The notes: generated by a model from the letters alone, not told the origin. A stretch of DNA of 64,000 nt from Chryseobacterium gleum (GCA_945872795.1 CAMCAZ010000013.1:915-64914); one strand, 5' to 3'; numbered from the stretch's first letter, positions 9,538-20,265 are shown. A program made the numbers and translations.

Positions 9538-10032
9538 TTACCGGGCTCCGATCCACCGTTGCTCGCGTTCACGCAAGCTCAGCCCTGCCGCAGCAGCGAT
9601 CGCCTTGGCACTGGCAAGCCCAGCAGGGCTGAAGGTCCACACGAACAGGGCTTCGATGGGGTGGTCGCGGCGAAGGTGGTCCAAGGCCTCCAGCGTCATG
9701 CGTGTGGCCAGTCCTTTGCGCTGATGTTCTGGCAGCACCAGTCCGGAGCAGAGGTACACCGCCTGGTAGGGGACACCCATCGGCGTACGGTCGTAGAGCT
9801 GCTGCTCGGTGATGCGGTCCTGCACGAAGTCCTGCATCATCTCCAGTGTGGTGGGGATGAGCAGCACCCAGGCGACGGGGCCATGGGCATCGGTGATTTC
9901 GCACACCGTTGCGGGATGCAGTTGCCGCAGGTGTTCCAGCACGTGCTCGTCCACCTGCAACTGCGCAGGGTCGCTGCGCATGGCGAAGGCGTCCTCCGCC
10001 AGTTGCAGCAGGCGTTCGTGGTTGGTGGGCAT
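9538..10032 (-). CDS. GNAT-like N-acetyltransferase-fold protein
   Basis: VLPEHQRKGLA acetyl-CoA-binding motif A. Confidence 0.6.
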   Translation of the reverse strand: MPTNHERLLQLAEDAFAMRSDPAQLQVDEHVLEHLRQLHPATVCEITDAHGPVAWVLLIPTTLEMMQDFVQDRITEQQLYDRTPMGVPYQAVYLCSGLVLPEHQRKGLATRMTLEALDHLRRDHPIEALFVWTFSPAGLASAKAIAAAAGLSLREREQRWIGAR

Positions 10033-10067
10033 GTTGCTCTACTGTACCGGAGGTCCGTGTCCGGAGC

Positions 10068-11456
10068 CTACCACCCGCCCCCCAGCGCGCGGAACAGGGC
10101 CACGGTGCTGTTGAGGCGTTGCGCGCGGGTGGCGCTCTCCTGCAGTTCAGCATCGAAGAGCGCGTTCTCCGCGGTCAGCACTTCGAGGTAGCTGGTGTAG
10201 CCGAAGTCGTAGCGGGCCTTGGAGAGCTCGAGCGCGCGGCGTGCGGCATCGGCCTGGGCCAGACGGGCGGCGTTCTCGGCCGTGTAGGTGCGGTAGTACT
10301 CCAAGGCATTGTCCACATCGATGAAGGCTTGGAACACGGTCTGGTCGCGCTCGGCCGCTGCGGCCACGATGCGCTGCTTGGCGGCGTCGGCCAGGTTGCG
10401 GTTGCGGTTCCAGTTGAAGAGCGGGCCGGTCAGTTGCCCGAAGCCGTTGGCCACCGCGCCATCGCCGCTGATCATCGTTCCCAGCTCGGGGCTGGCGAAG
10501 CCCAGCAGGCCGGTGAGGGAGAGGGTGGGGAAACGGTTGGCCACGGCCACGCCGGCACGTTCGGTAAGGCGCTGAACGTTGGCCTCCGCCGCCTGGATGT
10601 CCGGGCGCCGTTCCAGCAGTTGCGAGGGCAGGCCCATGGGGATGACCTCCGGGTCCAGCTGTTGTTCGGTGTTCGGCCGTCCGCGTTCCATGGGACCGGG
10701 CCCCTGGCCCAGCAGGGCGCGCAGGGCATTCTCCACCTGCCGCACCTGCCGCTCGATGTTGGGGATGGCTGCCGCTGCGATCTGTTCCTGCTGCACCGCC
10801 TGCAGTTTGTCCACCTCGTTGGTGTAGCCTTCCTCGAAGCGCGCGGTGATGATGCGCGTGTTCTCCTGTCGTGAGGCGAAGGTGCGGCGGGCGATGATGA
10901 GCCGGTTGTCCAGATCGCGCAGCAGGAAGTAGTTGCTGGCGGTCTCGGCCACCAGGCCCACCCGTATGGCGTCGCGCACATGTTGTTCCGCCAGGTACTG
11001 GGCCATCGCGGCACGGTTGGCATGCCGCAGTTTGCCCCAGATGTCGATCTCCCAATTGACCTGTCCGAAGGCCTCGAAGAAGCCGCCGTCCACACCGCTG
11101 CCCTGGCGTCGTGCATCGGTTCCTGCGCTGCCTCCACCACCCGTCACGCGGTAGTTCAGTTGCGGGTAGAGGTCGGCCTTCACCGCACCGGCGATGAGGC
11201 GTGCCTCCTCCACGCGGGCCACCGCCTGCCAAAGCGTACGGTTGCTGTCCAGCGTCGTCTGGATCAGTTTCACGAGCACGGGGTCATCGTACACCTGGGC
11301 CCATTTCACCATGGCGCTGGTGTCGCTGTTCAGCGCACCGGTGTAGGTCACTTCTGGTTTTGGCGTGGTCTGCACATACTTGGGCCCCACCATGCAGCCT
11401 TGTACAAGTAGCAGGAGCAGGGGCGCGAACAGGCGCAGGTATAGGCGCTGGCTCAT
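10068..11456 (-). CDS. RND efflux outer-membrane factor lipoprotein (NodT/OprM family)
   Basis: Lipobox VQGC-MVGP, WEIDIWGKLR, LPSQLLERRPDI, LFRALGGGW. Confidence 0.95.
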   Translation of the reverse strand: MSQRLYLRLFAPLLLLLVQGCMVGPKYVQTTPKPEVTYTGALNSDTSAMVKWAQVYDDPVLVKLIQTTLDSNRTLWQAVARVEEARLIAGAVKADLYPQLNYRVTGGGGSAGTDARRQGSGVDGGFFEAFGQVNWEIDIWGKLRHANRAAMAQYLAEQHVRDAIRVGLVAETASNYFLLRDLDNRLIIARRTFASRQENTRIITARFEEGYTNEVDKLQAVQQEQIAAAAIPNIERQVRQVENALRALLGQGPGPMERGRPNTEQQLDPEVIPMGLPSQLLERRPDIQAAEANVQRLTERAGVAVANRFPTLSLTGLLGFASPELGTMISGDGAVANGFGQLTGPLFNWNRNRNLADAAKQRIVAAAAERDQTVFQAFIDVDNALEYYRTYTAENAARLAQADAARRALELSKARYDFGYTSYLEVLTAENALFDAELQESATRAQRLNSTVALFRALGGGW

Positions 11457-14400
11457 GCGGTGGCGGGTTTGGTGTCGTCGCCTTTCACGGAATCCTTTTT
11501 CTTCTTTCGTTCGATGAGGACGAAGAGGCTGGGGATCACGATCACACCGATGGTGGTGGCCACGATCATGCCGGCGAAGACCGCCATGCCCATCACCTTG
11601 CGCGCTTCCGCACCGGCGCCCACGGCGGTGATCAACGGTGTCACGCCCAGGATGAAGGCGAGGCTGGTCATCAGGATCGGTCGGAAACGCAGCTTGGCAC
11701 CATCGAGCGCGGCCGTCAGCACTTCCTCACCTTCCTCCATCTTCATCTTGGCGAACTCCACGATGAGGATCGCGTTCTTGGCGTTCAGACCGATGAGCAT
11801 CACCAGACCGATCTGCGCGAACACGTTGTTCACATAGCTCTCGCTGAACTGGCGCATGATCCACAGTCCGAGCAGCGCTCCCATCACGGCCCACGGCGTG
11901 CCCAGCAGGACGCTGAAGGGCAGTTTCCAACTTTCATATTGTGCCGCCAGGATGAGGAACACGAAGAGCAGCGCCATCACGAACACGCTGCTGCCCTGTC
12001 CGGCAGCAGCTTTCTCCTGGTAGCTCATGTTGCTCCACGCGTAACCCATGTCCGAGGGAAGCGTGGCCTTGGCCACTTCCTCCAAGGCATCAAGCGCCTG
12101 TGCGCTGGTGTAGCCGGGAGCCGGTCCGCCCATGATCTCGGCGCTGCGGTACAGGTTGAAACGGTTGGTGTATTGCGGCCCCACGGTGTCCTTCACGGTG
12201 GCCACGGCACCCAGCGGGATCATGCTTCCATCGGCGCCGCGCACGAAGAAGTCGTTGATGGCGTTGGGGCTCATGCGGTAGGGCGCATCGGCCATCAGGT
12301 AGGTTCGGTACTGGCGGCCGAACTGGTTGAAGTTGTTCACGAAGTTGCCACCGAGGTAGGCCGCGATGGTCTGGTTCACATCATCCAGCCGAAGTCCCAG
12401 TTTCTCCACGCGGTCCTTGTCCACCTGGATGCTCTTCTGGGGGATGGCACTGCGGTACAAGGTCATGGCGCGACCGATCTCAGGGCGTTCGTGCGCAGCC
12501 TTGATGAAGGCGCGGGCCTGCTGTTCCAGGTACTGCGGCGTATTGCCCCGTAGGTCCTGCAGCTGAAAGCTGAAACCGGCGCTGGAGCCCAGTCCGGGGA
12601 TGGGTGGTGGACCGAAGGCGAATGCGGTGGCCTCGCTGAGCTGGCTTTGGATAAGGGCGTTCACCTGCGCCATTATCTGCTTGCTGGTGTGCTCGCGGTC
12701 GCTCCATTCCTTCAGCTGTACGAAGGCCGTGGCACTGTTCGGGGCGATGGTGCTGTTGATGATGCTGTTGCCGTCCACGATGGTCACACTCTCCACACCG
12801 GGCACCGAGGCGATGAGCGCTTCGAGCTTTCTCGTCACCTCGGTGGTGCGCTGCAGGCTGGCGGCATCGGGCAGGGACACGCTGCACATGAAGTAGCCCT
12901 CGTCCTCCTCGGGTACGAAGCCGCCTGGCACGCTCTTGCCGAGCATCAGCATCACCACCACGATGATGCCGAGGAAGACCACGCCACGGATGGTCTTCCG
13001 GGCGAAGTATCCCGCCACACCGATGTAGCCGTTGGTGAACTTGTCGAACCAGCGGTTGAACGCTCCGAAGAAGCGGTCGAGCATGTTCTTTTTCCCGCCC
13101 TCCTTCTTGGGCTTCAGCAGCAACGCTGCCAGTGCGGGGCTCAGCGTGAGCGCGTTGAAGGCGGAGATGAGCACGCTGACCGCGATGGTGATCGCGAACT
13201 GTTGGTACAATCGTCCGGTGATGCCGCCGGCGAGCGCCACGGGGATGAACACGGCCGCGAGGATGATGGCGATGGCCACCACCGGACCGGCCACTTCCTT
13301 CATCGCCTTCTTCGTGGCCTCCTTCGGCGAGAGGCCTTTCTCAATGTGGTGCATCACGGCCTCCACCACCACGATGGCATCGTCCACCACCAGGCCTATG
13401 GCGAGCACCAGGCCCAACAGGCTCAGCACGTTCACGCTGAAGCCGAGCAGGGGGAAGAAGATGAAGGTGCCGATGAGCGACACGGGCACGGTGAGCAGGG
13501 GGATCAGTGTTGCGCGCCAGTCCTGCAGGAAGAGGAAGACCACGAGGATCACCAACAGTACGGCCTCGAACAGGGTGTGTATGATCTCCGTGATGCCTTC
13601 GCTGATGGCGGCGGTGGTATCGAGGCTCACGTTGTATTCCAGGTCGGGCGGAAAGCGTTGGGCCTGTTCCTCCATCGCCTTGCGCACAGCGGCCACCACG
13701 TCCAGGCCGTTGCTGCCTGGGGTCTGGAAGATGGCGATGGTGCTGGCGGGGTTGCCGTTCAGGCGGCTGCTCATGCTGTAGTATTCCGTGCCCAGTTCCA
13801 CGCGGGCCACGTCCTTCAGCAGCACCTGCGCCCCGGCGTTGCTCCGTTTCACCACGATGCCGCCGAACTGCTCGGGGCTCACCAATCGGCTTTGCAGCTG
13901 GGCTGTATACGTGTTCTGTGTGCCGGGCAGGCTGGGCTCGCCGCCGAACTTTCCGCCGGGCACGATGGCGTTGTACGCGCTCACTGCCTGCTTGATGTCG
14001 GTGACGGTGACGCCCAGCGCGTTCATGCGATCGGGCTTCAGCCACATGCGCATGGCGTACTCGCTGCCGCCGAACACCGCCACATCACCCACGCCCTGGA
14101 TGCGCTTGAGGGCATCCACCACGTTGATGTAGCCGAAGTTGTTCAGGAAGGAGGCGTCGTAGGTGCTGTTGGGGCTCGTGAGGCTCACCAGCATCAGCGG
14201 GAACACCAGCGACTTCTTGGTGCTGACGCCGAGGGCCTTCACCTCGTTGGGCAGGCTGGGGTTGGCCTGGCTCACACGGTTCTGGGTGAGCATGTTGGCG
14301 TTGTCCAGGTCCACGCCCACCTCGAAGCTCACGTTCAGTGCGAGCGAGCCATCACCGGCGTTGACGCTCTGCATGTAGAGCATGCCCTCCACGCCGTTCA

Positions 14401-14605
14401 CCTGCTGCTCGATCGGCGTGGCCATGGTCTGCTCCACGTTCACCGCGTTGGCACCGGTGTAGTTGCCGGTGATCTTGATCATCGGCGGGGTGATCTCCGG
14501 GTACTGGCTCACCGGGATGCCGCGTAGCGTGAGCAGGCCCAGCAGCACCATGAAGATGCTGATGACCATCGCCACGATGGGCCGGCGGATGAAGAACTCG
14601 CTCAT
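11453..14605 (-). CDS. RND efflux permease, HAE1/AcrB family
   Basis: FFIRRPIVA, GLVVDDAIVVVE, AKNAILIVEFA, RFRPILMTS. Confidence 0.97.
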   Translation of the reverse strand: MSEFFIRRPIVAMVISIFMVLLGLLTLRGIPVSQYPEITPPMIKITGNYTGANAVNVEQTMATPIEQQVNGVEGMLYMQSVNAGDGSLALNVSFEVGVDLDNANMLTQNRVSQANPSLPNEVKALGVSTKKSLVFPLMLVSLTSPNSTYDASFLNNFGYINVVDALKRIQGVGDVAVFGGSEYAMRMWLKPDRMNALGVTVTDIKQAVSAYNAIVPGGKFGGEPSLPGTQNTYTAQLQSRLVSPEQFGGIVVKRSNAGAQVLLKDVARVELGTEYYSMSSRLNGNPASTIAIFQTPGSNGLDVVAAVRKAMEEQAQRFPPDLEYNVSLDTTAAISEGITEIIHTLFEAVLLVILVVFLFLQDWRATLIPLLTVPVSLIGTFIFFPLLGFSVNVLSLLGLVLAIGLVVDDAIVVVEAVMHHIEKGLSPKEATKKAMKEVAGPVVAIAIILAAVFIPVALAGGITGRLYQQFAITIAVSVLISAFNALTLSPALAALLLKPKKEGGKKNMLDRFFGAFNRWFDKFTNGYIGVAGYFARKTIRGVVFLGIIVVVMLMLGKSVPGGFVPEEDEGYFMCSVSLPDAASLQRTTEVTRKLEALIASVPGVESVTIVDGNSIINSTIAPNSATAFVQLKEWSDREHTSKQIMAQVNALIQSQLSEATAFAFGPPPIPGLGSSAGFSFQLQDLRGNTPQYLEQQARAFIKAAHERPEIGRAMTLYRSAIPQKSIQVDKDRVEKLGLRLDDVNQTIAAYLGGNFVNNFNQFGRQYRTYLMADAPYRMSPNAINDFFVRGADGSMIPLGAVATVKDTVGPQYTNRFNLYRSAEIMGGPAPGYTSAQALDALEEVAKATLPSDMGYAWSNMSYQEKAAAGQGSSVFVMALLFVFLILAAQYESWKLPFSVLLGTPWAVMGALLGLWIMRQFSESYVNNVFAQIGLVMLIGLNAKNAILIVEFAKMKMEEGEEVLTAALDGAKLRFRPILMTSLAFILGVTPLITAVGAGAEARKVMGMAVFAGMIVATTIGVIVIPSLFVLIERKKKKDSVKGDDTKPATA

Positions 14606-14623
14606 GGTTGAAGGGGCGCGGGA

Positions 14624-15766
14624 TCAGTTACCGGAGGTCTTGGCGTAGTCCCACTCCACCGGTTTGGGAATGATGGGCACCTTGGGGTCGAGGAGCGCGT
14701 TGCCCACGAGGCCCACGCGCTGTCCGGCCTTCAGGCCTTCGGTGATCACCCAGTTCTCGCCCACACGCTGGCCCACCTTCACGGGCGTCATCACGATCCG
14801 GTTGCTGTCGTTCACCAGGAAGACCGAGTAGATGTTCTGCAGCTGGTTCACCGCACGCTGGGGCACGAGCACTGCGTTCGATGCCTGCTCGGTGAGCACC
14901 CGTACCTTCACGCTCTGTCCGGGGCGCAACGTACGGGAATCGTTGGGGAACACGGCCTGCACGAGGATGGAGCCCGTGCCGGGGTCCACGCTCCGATCGG
15001 CGAGGTCCATACGGCCATGCTGGGCGTACACGCTGCCGTCGGCCAGCAGCAGTTGGATGTCCTGGCGGGCCTGTTTCACGGCACTGTCTTTCGCGGCGCT
15101 ATCACGGAATCGCAGGATATCGGTCTCGCTCACCGGGAAACGCACACGCATGTCGCCCAGGCTGCTCACGGTGTTGATGGCACCGCCGAGCTGTCCCTTG
15201 CCCACGTAGTCGCCCTGCAGCACCTTGCTGATGCCGATGACGCCATCGATGGGCGAGGTGATGCGGGTGTAGCTCTGCTCGATGCTGGCGGTCTCCAGCT
15301 TGGCACGCGCCACGCGCAGTTCCGCCAGGGCGGCATCGTAGGCGGCCTGCGCGGCGTCCAGGTCACGCTTGCTCAGGGCGTTCATGGCGGTCAGGGGTTT
15401 CACGCGGTCCAGATCTGACTTCTTGTTCACCACCATCGTTTCGGCGCGGGTTACTTCGCCGGAGGCAGCTTCCACCTTGCTGCGCGCGGGCAGGTCGTCG
15501 ATGGTATAGAGCAACTGGCCTGCTTTCACCGGGTCGCCCTCCTTGAAGTGGATGCCGGTGATCCAGCCCTCCACGCGGGGTACGATCTGGATGTCCTCTT
15601 GGCCATAGGTCTGGCCCACGAACTCGGAGAAGACGGGCACATCGCGTTGTGCGGCGGCGACCACGCTCACCTCCGGTCGGATGACGACGGGGGCGGCTTC
15701 GTCACCGCAGCCCACGAGCAGGACCAGCGCAATGGGAAAAAGCGAACGAACGATGCAGGTTGGCAT
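14624..15766 (-). CDS. RND efflux periplasmic adaptor (MFP)
   Basis: Lipobox LVGC, FKEGDPVKAGQLLY, ITSPIDGVIG, LRPGQ. Confidence 0.95.
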   Translation of the reverse strand: MPTCIVRSLFPIALVLLVGCGDEAAPVVIRPEVSVVAAAQRDVPVFSEFVGQTYGQEDIQIVPRVEGWITGIHFKEGDPVKAGQLLYTIDDLPARSKVEAASGEVTRAETMVVNKKSDLDRVKPLTAMNALSKRDLDAAQAAYDAALAELRVARAKLETASIEQSYTRITSPIDGVIGISKVLQGDYVGKGQLGGAINTVSSLGDMRVRFPVSETDILRFRDSAAKDSAVKQARQDIQLLLADGSVYAQHGRMDLADRSVDPGTGSILVQAVFPNDSRTLRPGQSVKVRVLTEQASNAVLVPQRAVNQLQNIYSVFLVNDSNRIVMTPVKVGQRVGENWVITEGLKAGQRVGLVGNALLDPKVPIIPKPVEWDYAKTSGN

Positions 15767-15993
15767 TGGGGGCGTTGTAGGTACTGCGATATCGAAATGG
15801 ATGAGCGAACTTGGTGCTCGTTCACGATCTTTTGAATGATGGGTTCCGAGACCATTTTTCGGCGATGCGAAGCTGGGGAATTTTCGCTTGGCGGAGACTA
15901 CAGGGAACTAGTTTACGGCCAAGCACTGGTGTTAAAGGGGCCGGAGCGCGCATTGAAAGAGATGGTGAACAGCATATTCGGCGTTTCCGGGCA

Positions 15994-16440
15994 TCAGCGA
16001 CCCAATGCTCGCCGAGTTTCAAACGCGTTGGTCTGGTGTTCCAGGGTCCGGTTCAGCAGGTGGAAGAAGAAGCCGGTGGTGAGGCCTGCGTTAAGGAACC
16101 CGGTGAGCGACTCCAAGCCTGACATGGTTTGCCAGGCATGCGGCAGCACCATGTCACCATAGCCCACGGTGGTGTCGGTGGCGGATGAGAAGTAGAATGC
16201 GGTGTGGTGGTCGGGCAAGCCACCGGAAGCGTGAAAGAACCAGGCCCACAGCCCGATCGTGATCAGGTGCAGCAGGGTCATCATCCAGGCCATGCGCACC
16301 AGCAGACACAGGTCGCAGGCATAGGTCCGGTTGCGCGGCTCCTGGCGGTGATGCAACGAACGCCCCAGCGCGATGAGGCCAGCGGAATGCACCACCACGG
16401 AGAGTGCCAGGAGAAGTGCGCCCCCGAGCAGTTTCTCCGT
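15994..16440 (-). CDS. Ion_trans_2 potassium-channel-family protein, possibly degenerate
   Basis: Selectivity filter TTVGYGD after FYFS, with flanking TM helices. Start uncertain: an ACG at 16440 sits where an ATG would be expected. Confidence 0.7.
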   Translation of the reverse strand, partial: TEKLLGGALLLALSVVVHSAGLIALGRSLHHRQEPRNRTYACDLCLLVRMAWMMTLLHLITIGLWAWFFHASGGLPDHHTAFYFSSATDTTVGYGDMVLPHAWQTMSGLESLTGFLNAGLTTGFFFHLLNRTLEHQTNAFETRRALGR

Positions 16441-16533
16441 GGGGCTGTCCGGCAGGGTTTGGGGTACTGTGATCCAAGTGGGTTGAGCAGATGTCCGGGA
16501 TCTGCCGATCTTCACCGGCCAAGCCCATCATCC

Positions 16534-17631
16534 ATGGAACCCGGGACACCCCACACCTGGCCACCTGCACGCGCGATCGATACCTTCATCCGCCTGGTGC
16601 TGTTGGGCGGGCTGTTGCTGTGGTGCATGCTCATCCTGGCGCCCTTCACCAGCATCCTGTTGTGGGCCGTGATCCTGGCGGTGGCCTTGTATCCCTTGTT
16701 CGCCGCACTGGCGCATCGCTTGGGCGGGCGCACGACCTGGGCGGCCGCACTGATCGTGGTGACGGGGTTGACCGCCGTGGCCGTTCCCGGTTACTTCACC
16801 GGGCGCAGCCTCGTGAATTCGGTGAACATCCTGCGCGGGCACCTTTCCACCGAAGAACTGCATGTGCCGCAGCTTCCTGCCGACTGGTACCAGGGTACAG
16901 GCATTCGCCGGATCATCGCCGATCGCTGGCCGAGCAACGACAGTGTCGTGGCCGAGCTGATCGAAAGCCATTCCGCGGAGATCCAGGCAGGGGCCAAACA
17001 TACCCTTCAGGCCCTTTCCGGATTCACCATGGGCGTGTTGATGCTGATCCTTTCCATCGTGGTGGCCGGTGTGCTGCTGGCCAATGCGAAGGCCGGTAGC
17101 TCTGCGGCCGAACGTTTCCTTGACCGCGTGATGGGCCGCAACGGCGCAGCCATGGTGGACCTTGCCGCCAGCACGGTGCGCCAGGTGGCCAAGGGAATTT
17201 TGGGCGTGGCGGTGCTGCAGGCCGCGATGTTCGCCCTGGGCGTGTTCGTGGCCGGTGTGCCGGCGGCGGGCCTGCTCACCATCGTTGCGCTGATGCTCTG
17301 CGTCGTGCAGATCGGTGCGGCACCCATCGCCATCGGTGTGATCATCTATGCCTGGGCCAGCATGGGCAACACGCCGGCCGTGCTGCTCACCTTATGGATG
17401 GTGGTGACCATGGTCTCGGACAACATCCTCAAGCCCATGTTGCTGGGCCGGGGCGCGCAGGTGCCCACGGCCGTCATCTTCCTCGGTGCCATCGGTGGCT
17501 TCCTCCTTTCCGGATTCATCGGCCTTTTCACCGGTGCCGTGGTGCTCAGCATCGGGTATCGCCTGATGCAGGGCTGGATGACCGGGGAGGTGGAAATTGC
17601 TGAAAAGGAAAGACCGACCACCGCGGGCTGA
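16534..17631 (+). CDS. AI-2E family transporter (YdiK-like)
   Basis: WAVILAVALYP, DNILKPMLLGRG, IFLGAIGG...GFIGLFTGAVVL. Confidence 0.9.
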   Translation: MEPGTPHTWPPARAIDTFIRLVLLGGLLLWCMLILAPFTSILLWAVILAVALYPLFAALAHRLGGRTTWAAALIVVTGLTAVAVPGYFTGRSLVNSVNILRGHLSTEELHVPQLPADWYQGTGIRRIIADRWPSNDSVVAELIESHSAEIQAGAKHTLQALSGFTMGVLMLILSIVVAGVLLANAKAGSSAAERFLDRVMGRNGAAMVDLAASTVRQVAKGILGVAVLQAAMFALGVFVAGVPAAGLLTIVALMLCVVQIGAAPIAIGVIIYAWASMGNTPAVLLTLWMVVTMVSDNILKPMLLGRGAQVPTAVIFLGAIGGFLLSGFIGLFTGAVVLSIGYRLMQGWMTGEVEIAEKERPTTAG

Positions 17632-17636
17632 TATCA

Positions 17637-17945
17637 GGGTGCCTCGAAAAACCTCCCTCCGGCGGCATGGATCCGCCGTACGGCGGATCGACCCTCCTTT
17701 CTACGCCGAAGCGGCGGTCGGGCTCATGGCTCTTCTTTACCCAGCCTTCGTTGATCCTCAGTCGAATACTTCGTTCGCTCCGTCGCGCGCCGTCGCCGGA
17801 GCGCTTTGGCGAAGTGCGACCAGAGCGCTTTGGCGCATCGGAGACCAGTATCCTCTCTTCGGGGCGCCCCTGCCTACCGGCAGACAGGTCGTTTGGATCA
17901 AGAATACCCACGCGTGCCATCCGTTGGAGGTTCTTCGAGGCACCC
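17637..17945. mobile_element. MITE (309 bp) with 20-bp terminal inverted repeats and 4-bp target duplication
   Basis: Left end GGGTGCCTCGAAAAACCTCC, right end GGAGGTTCTTCGAGGCACCC, flanked by ATCA on both sides (17633-17636 and 17946-17949). No transposase. Confidence 0.85.
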
Positions 17946-18027
17946 ATCAGTCATACTGTTGACCGCCTGTTACCTTCGCCATCGGCCCGCGCGCGCCCAC
18001 CATCAACACCGCAGACCACCATTCCCC

Positions 18028-20265
18028 ATGCATTTCCGCATCATCACGCTGCTGTTCGCATTGATCCTGTCCACCCTGGCGACCGCCCAGGACCAATGGC
18101 CCCTGCAGATCTCTGCCGAGACGAGCACCATCACCATCTACCAACCGCAGCCCGAGAGCTATGCTGACGGTAACGTGACCGCACGTGCCGCCGTGGCCTG
18201 GCAGGAGCGGGGAAAGGACCCCGTGTACGGCGCCATCTGGGTCACCGGCTTCCTGGAGGTGGACCGCACGACGCGCATGGGAACGCTGACGCGCGTGACG
18301 GTGACCGATGTGCGCTCACCGGCACTGATGGACAGTACGCGCACCCAGCAGATCAAGGACTACCTGAATGCCGAGATCCCCAAGTACACGCAGCCCATCG
18401 CCATCGACCGCCTGATCGCTTCGCTCGAGGCCGAGAGCAGCAAACGCCCCGAGTACAAGCACGACGTGCCCACGATCTACTACGAGGAGAGCGCCAGCAC
18501 GCTGGTGCTCATCGACGGCGAACCCATCCTGCAACCCGTGGAAGGTGCCGCCTTCGACCGCGTGGTGAACACGCCTTTCCTGTTGGTGGCCACCAAGGAC
18601 CACAAGACCTACTACCTGGGCAGCAGTGCGCAGTGGTACACGGCCCCGGCGGCCACCGGCCCTTGGACCGTGACCACCGATGTGCCCCAGGAACTGAAGG
18701 CCCAGGTGCAGAAGGAGGAAGGGGCGGCCGAGGCCGAGCTCGATGCCAACGGCAAGCCCATCGTGCCCAAGGTCGTGGTGAGCACCAAGCCCGCCGAACT
18801 GCTGCAGACCACAGGCCCGGCGGACATGAAACCCATACAGGGCACCCAGCTGCTGTATGTGACCAACACGGACAACGACATCTTCATGGACATCGCCTCG
18901 CAGCGCTTCTATGCCCTGCTCAGCGGGCGCTGGTTCGCGGCGGCCAAGCTGGGCAGCGTGGGCTGGGCCTACATCGATGCGGAGAAACTGCCGGCGGACT
19001 TCGCGAAGATCCCCGAGGGCAGCCCAAAGGACGGGGTGCTGGCCAGCGTGCCCGGCACCATCGCCAGCAAGGAGGCCGTGCTTGATGCCAGCATACCGCA
19101 GACCGCCAAGGTGGACCGCAGCGCCACCATCACCGTGAACTACGATGGCGACCCCAAGTGGCGCCTGATCGAGGGCACCGCGATCTACGAGGCGGAGAAC
19201 GCCTCCACCGCCGTGCTCTACATTCGCGAGCATTACTACGCCTGTGACAATGCCGCATGGTACCACAGCGCACAGTCCAACGGGCCTTGGATGGTGTGCG
19301 ACGAGGTGCCTGCCGAGGTGAAGGACATTCCGCCCAGCAGCCCCAACTACAATGTGAAGTATGTGCAGGTGTATGAAAGCACACCACAGGTGGTGTACGT
19401 GGGCTACACACCGGGTTACACCGGCTGCTACGTGTACGGCCCCACGGTGATCTACGGCACCGGCTACGTGTACAAACCCTGGTACGGCACGGTGTACTAT
19501 CCACCGCCTGTCACCTACGGCTTCAACATGCACTACAACCCTTGGACAGGGTGGAGCATGGGCATGACCGTATCCAACGGTTGGATGACCGTGCATGTGG
19601 GCGGTTATCCCGGCGGATGGTGGGGCCCACCCATGTACCGCCCGCCCTACTACCGCCCGCCCTACCACTACGGTGGTGGTGGGTACTACGGTGGTCGTGG
19701 GAACAACAACACCATCAACATCAACAACAGCACCAACATCAATGTGGGTGGTGGCAGCCGGCCCGGTGGCAGCACACGGCCCACCGGAGGCAACCTCTAC
19801 GACCAGGGCCGCAACCCCGGCGTGCAGCCCAGCCGTCCCGGCACCGCAATGAAACCGGGCGGGGCCACAGGTGGCGCCACCACACGCCCGGCCGGCACCA
19901 CCAAGCCTGCCGCGGGCAACAATATTTACACGGACCGCGATGGCAATGTGTACCGCAACCAGGGCAGCACCTGGCAGCAGCAGCAAGGCAACGGCCAGTT
20001 CAAGGACGTGAAGCCCACCCCCGGTACCCAACCCGGCACGCGGCCATCTGCACAGCCCGCTACAAAGCCAGCCACCCGCCCCAGTGTTCCTCCCGCTACA
20101 CAGCAGCAGCTGAGCCGTGACCAGCAAAACCGTGATCGCGGCCAGCAGCGGGTGAACAGCTACCAGACCCGTCCGCCCAGCAGCGGTGGCACGCGTGGTG
20201 GTATCAGCCCCGCAGGCGGTGCGCGCAGCGGCGGTGGTGCACGCGGTGGTGGCGGACGTCGTTGA
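18028..20265 (+). CDS. Large secreted hypothetical protein with Y/G/P-rich region and disordered C-tail
   Basis: Signal peptide, IYQPQPE, repeated WY.A....GPW motifs, VYVGYTPGY, NNIYTDRDGNVYR, RGG tail. Confidence 0.85.
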   Translation: MHFRIITLLFALILSTLATAQDQWPLQISAETSTITIYQPQPESYADGNVTARAAVAWQERGKDPVYGAIWVTGFLEVDRTTRMGTLTRVTVTDVRSPALMDSTRTQQIKDYLNAEIPKYTQPIAIDRLIASLEAESSKRPEYKHDVPTIYYEESASTLVLIDGEPILQPVEGAAFDRVVNTPFLLVATKDHKTYYLGSSAQWYTAPAATGPWTVTTDVPQELKAQVQKEEGAAEAELDANGKPIVPKVVVSTKPAELLQTTGPADMKPIQGTQLLYVTNTDNDIFMDIASQRFYALLSGRWFAAAKLGSVGWAYIDAEKLPADFAKIPEGSPKDGVLASVPGTIASKEAVLDASIPQTAKVDRSATITVNYDGDPKWRLIEGTAIYEAENASTAVLYIREHYYACDNAAWYHSAQSNGPWMVCDEVPAEVKDIPPSSPNYNVKYVQVYESTPQVVYVGYTPGYTGCYVYGPTVIYGTGYVYKPWYGTVYYPPPVTYGFNMHYNPWTGWSMGMTVSNGWMTVHVGGYPGGWWGPPMYRPPYYRPPYHYGGGGYYGGRGNNNTININNSTNINVGGGSRPGGSTRPTGGNLYDQGRNPGVQPSRPGTAMKPGGATGGATTRPAGTTKPAAGNNIYTDRDGNVYRNQGSTWQQQQGNGQFKDVKPTPGTQPGTRPSAQPATKPATRPSVPPATQQQLSRDQQNRDRGQQRVNSYQTRPPSSGGTRGGISPAGGARSGGGARGGGGRR

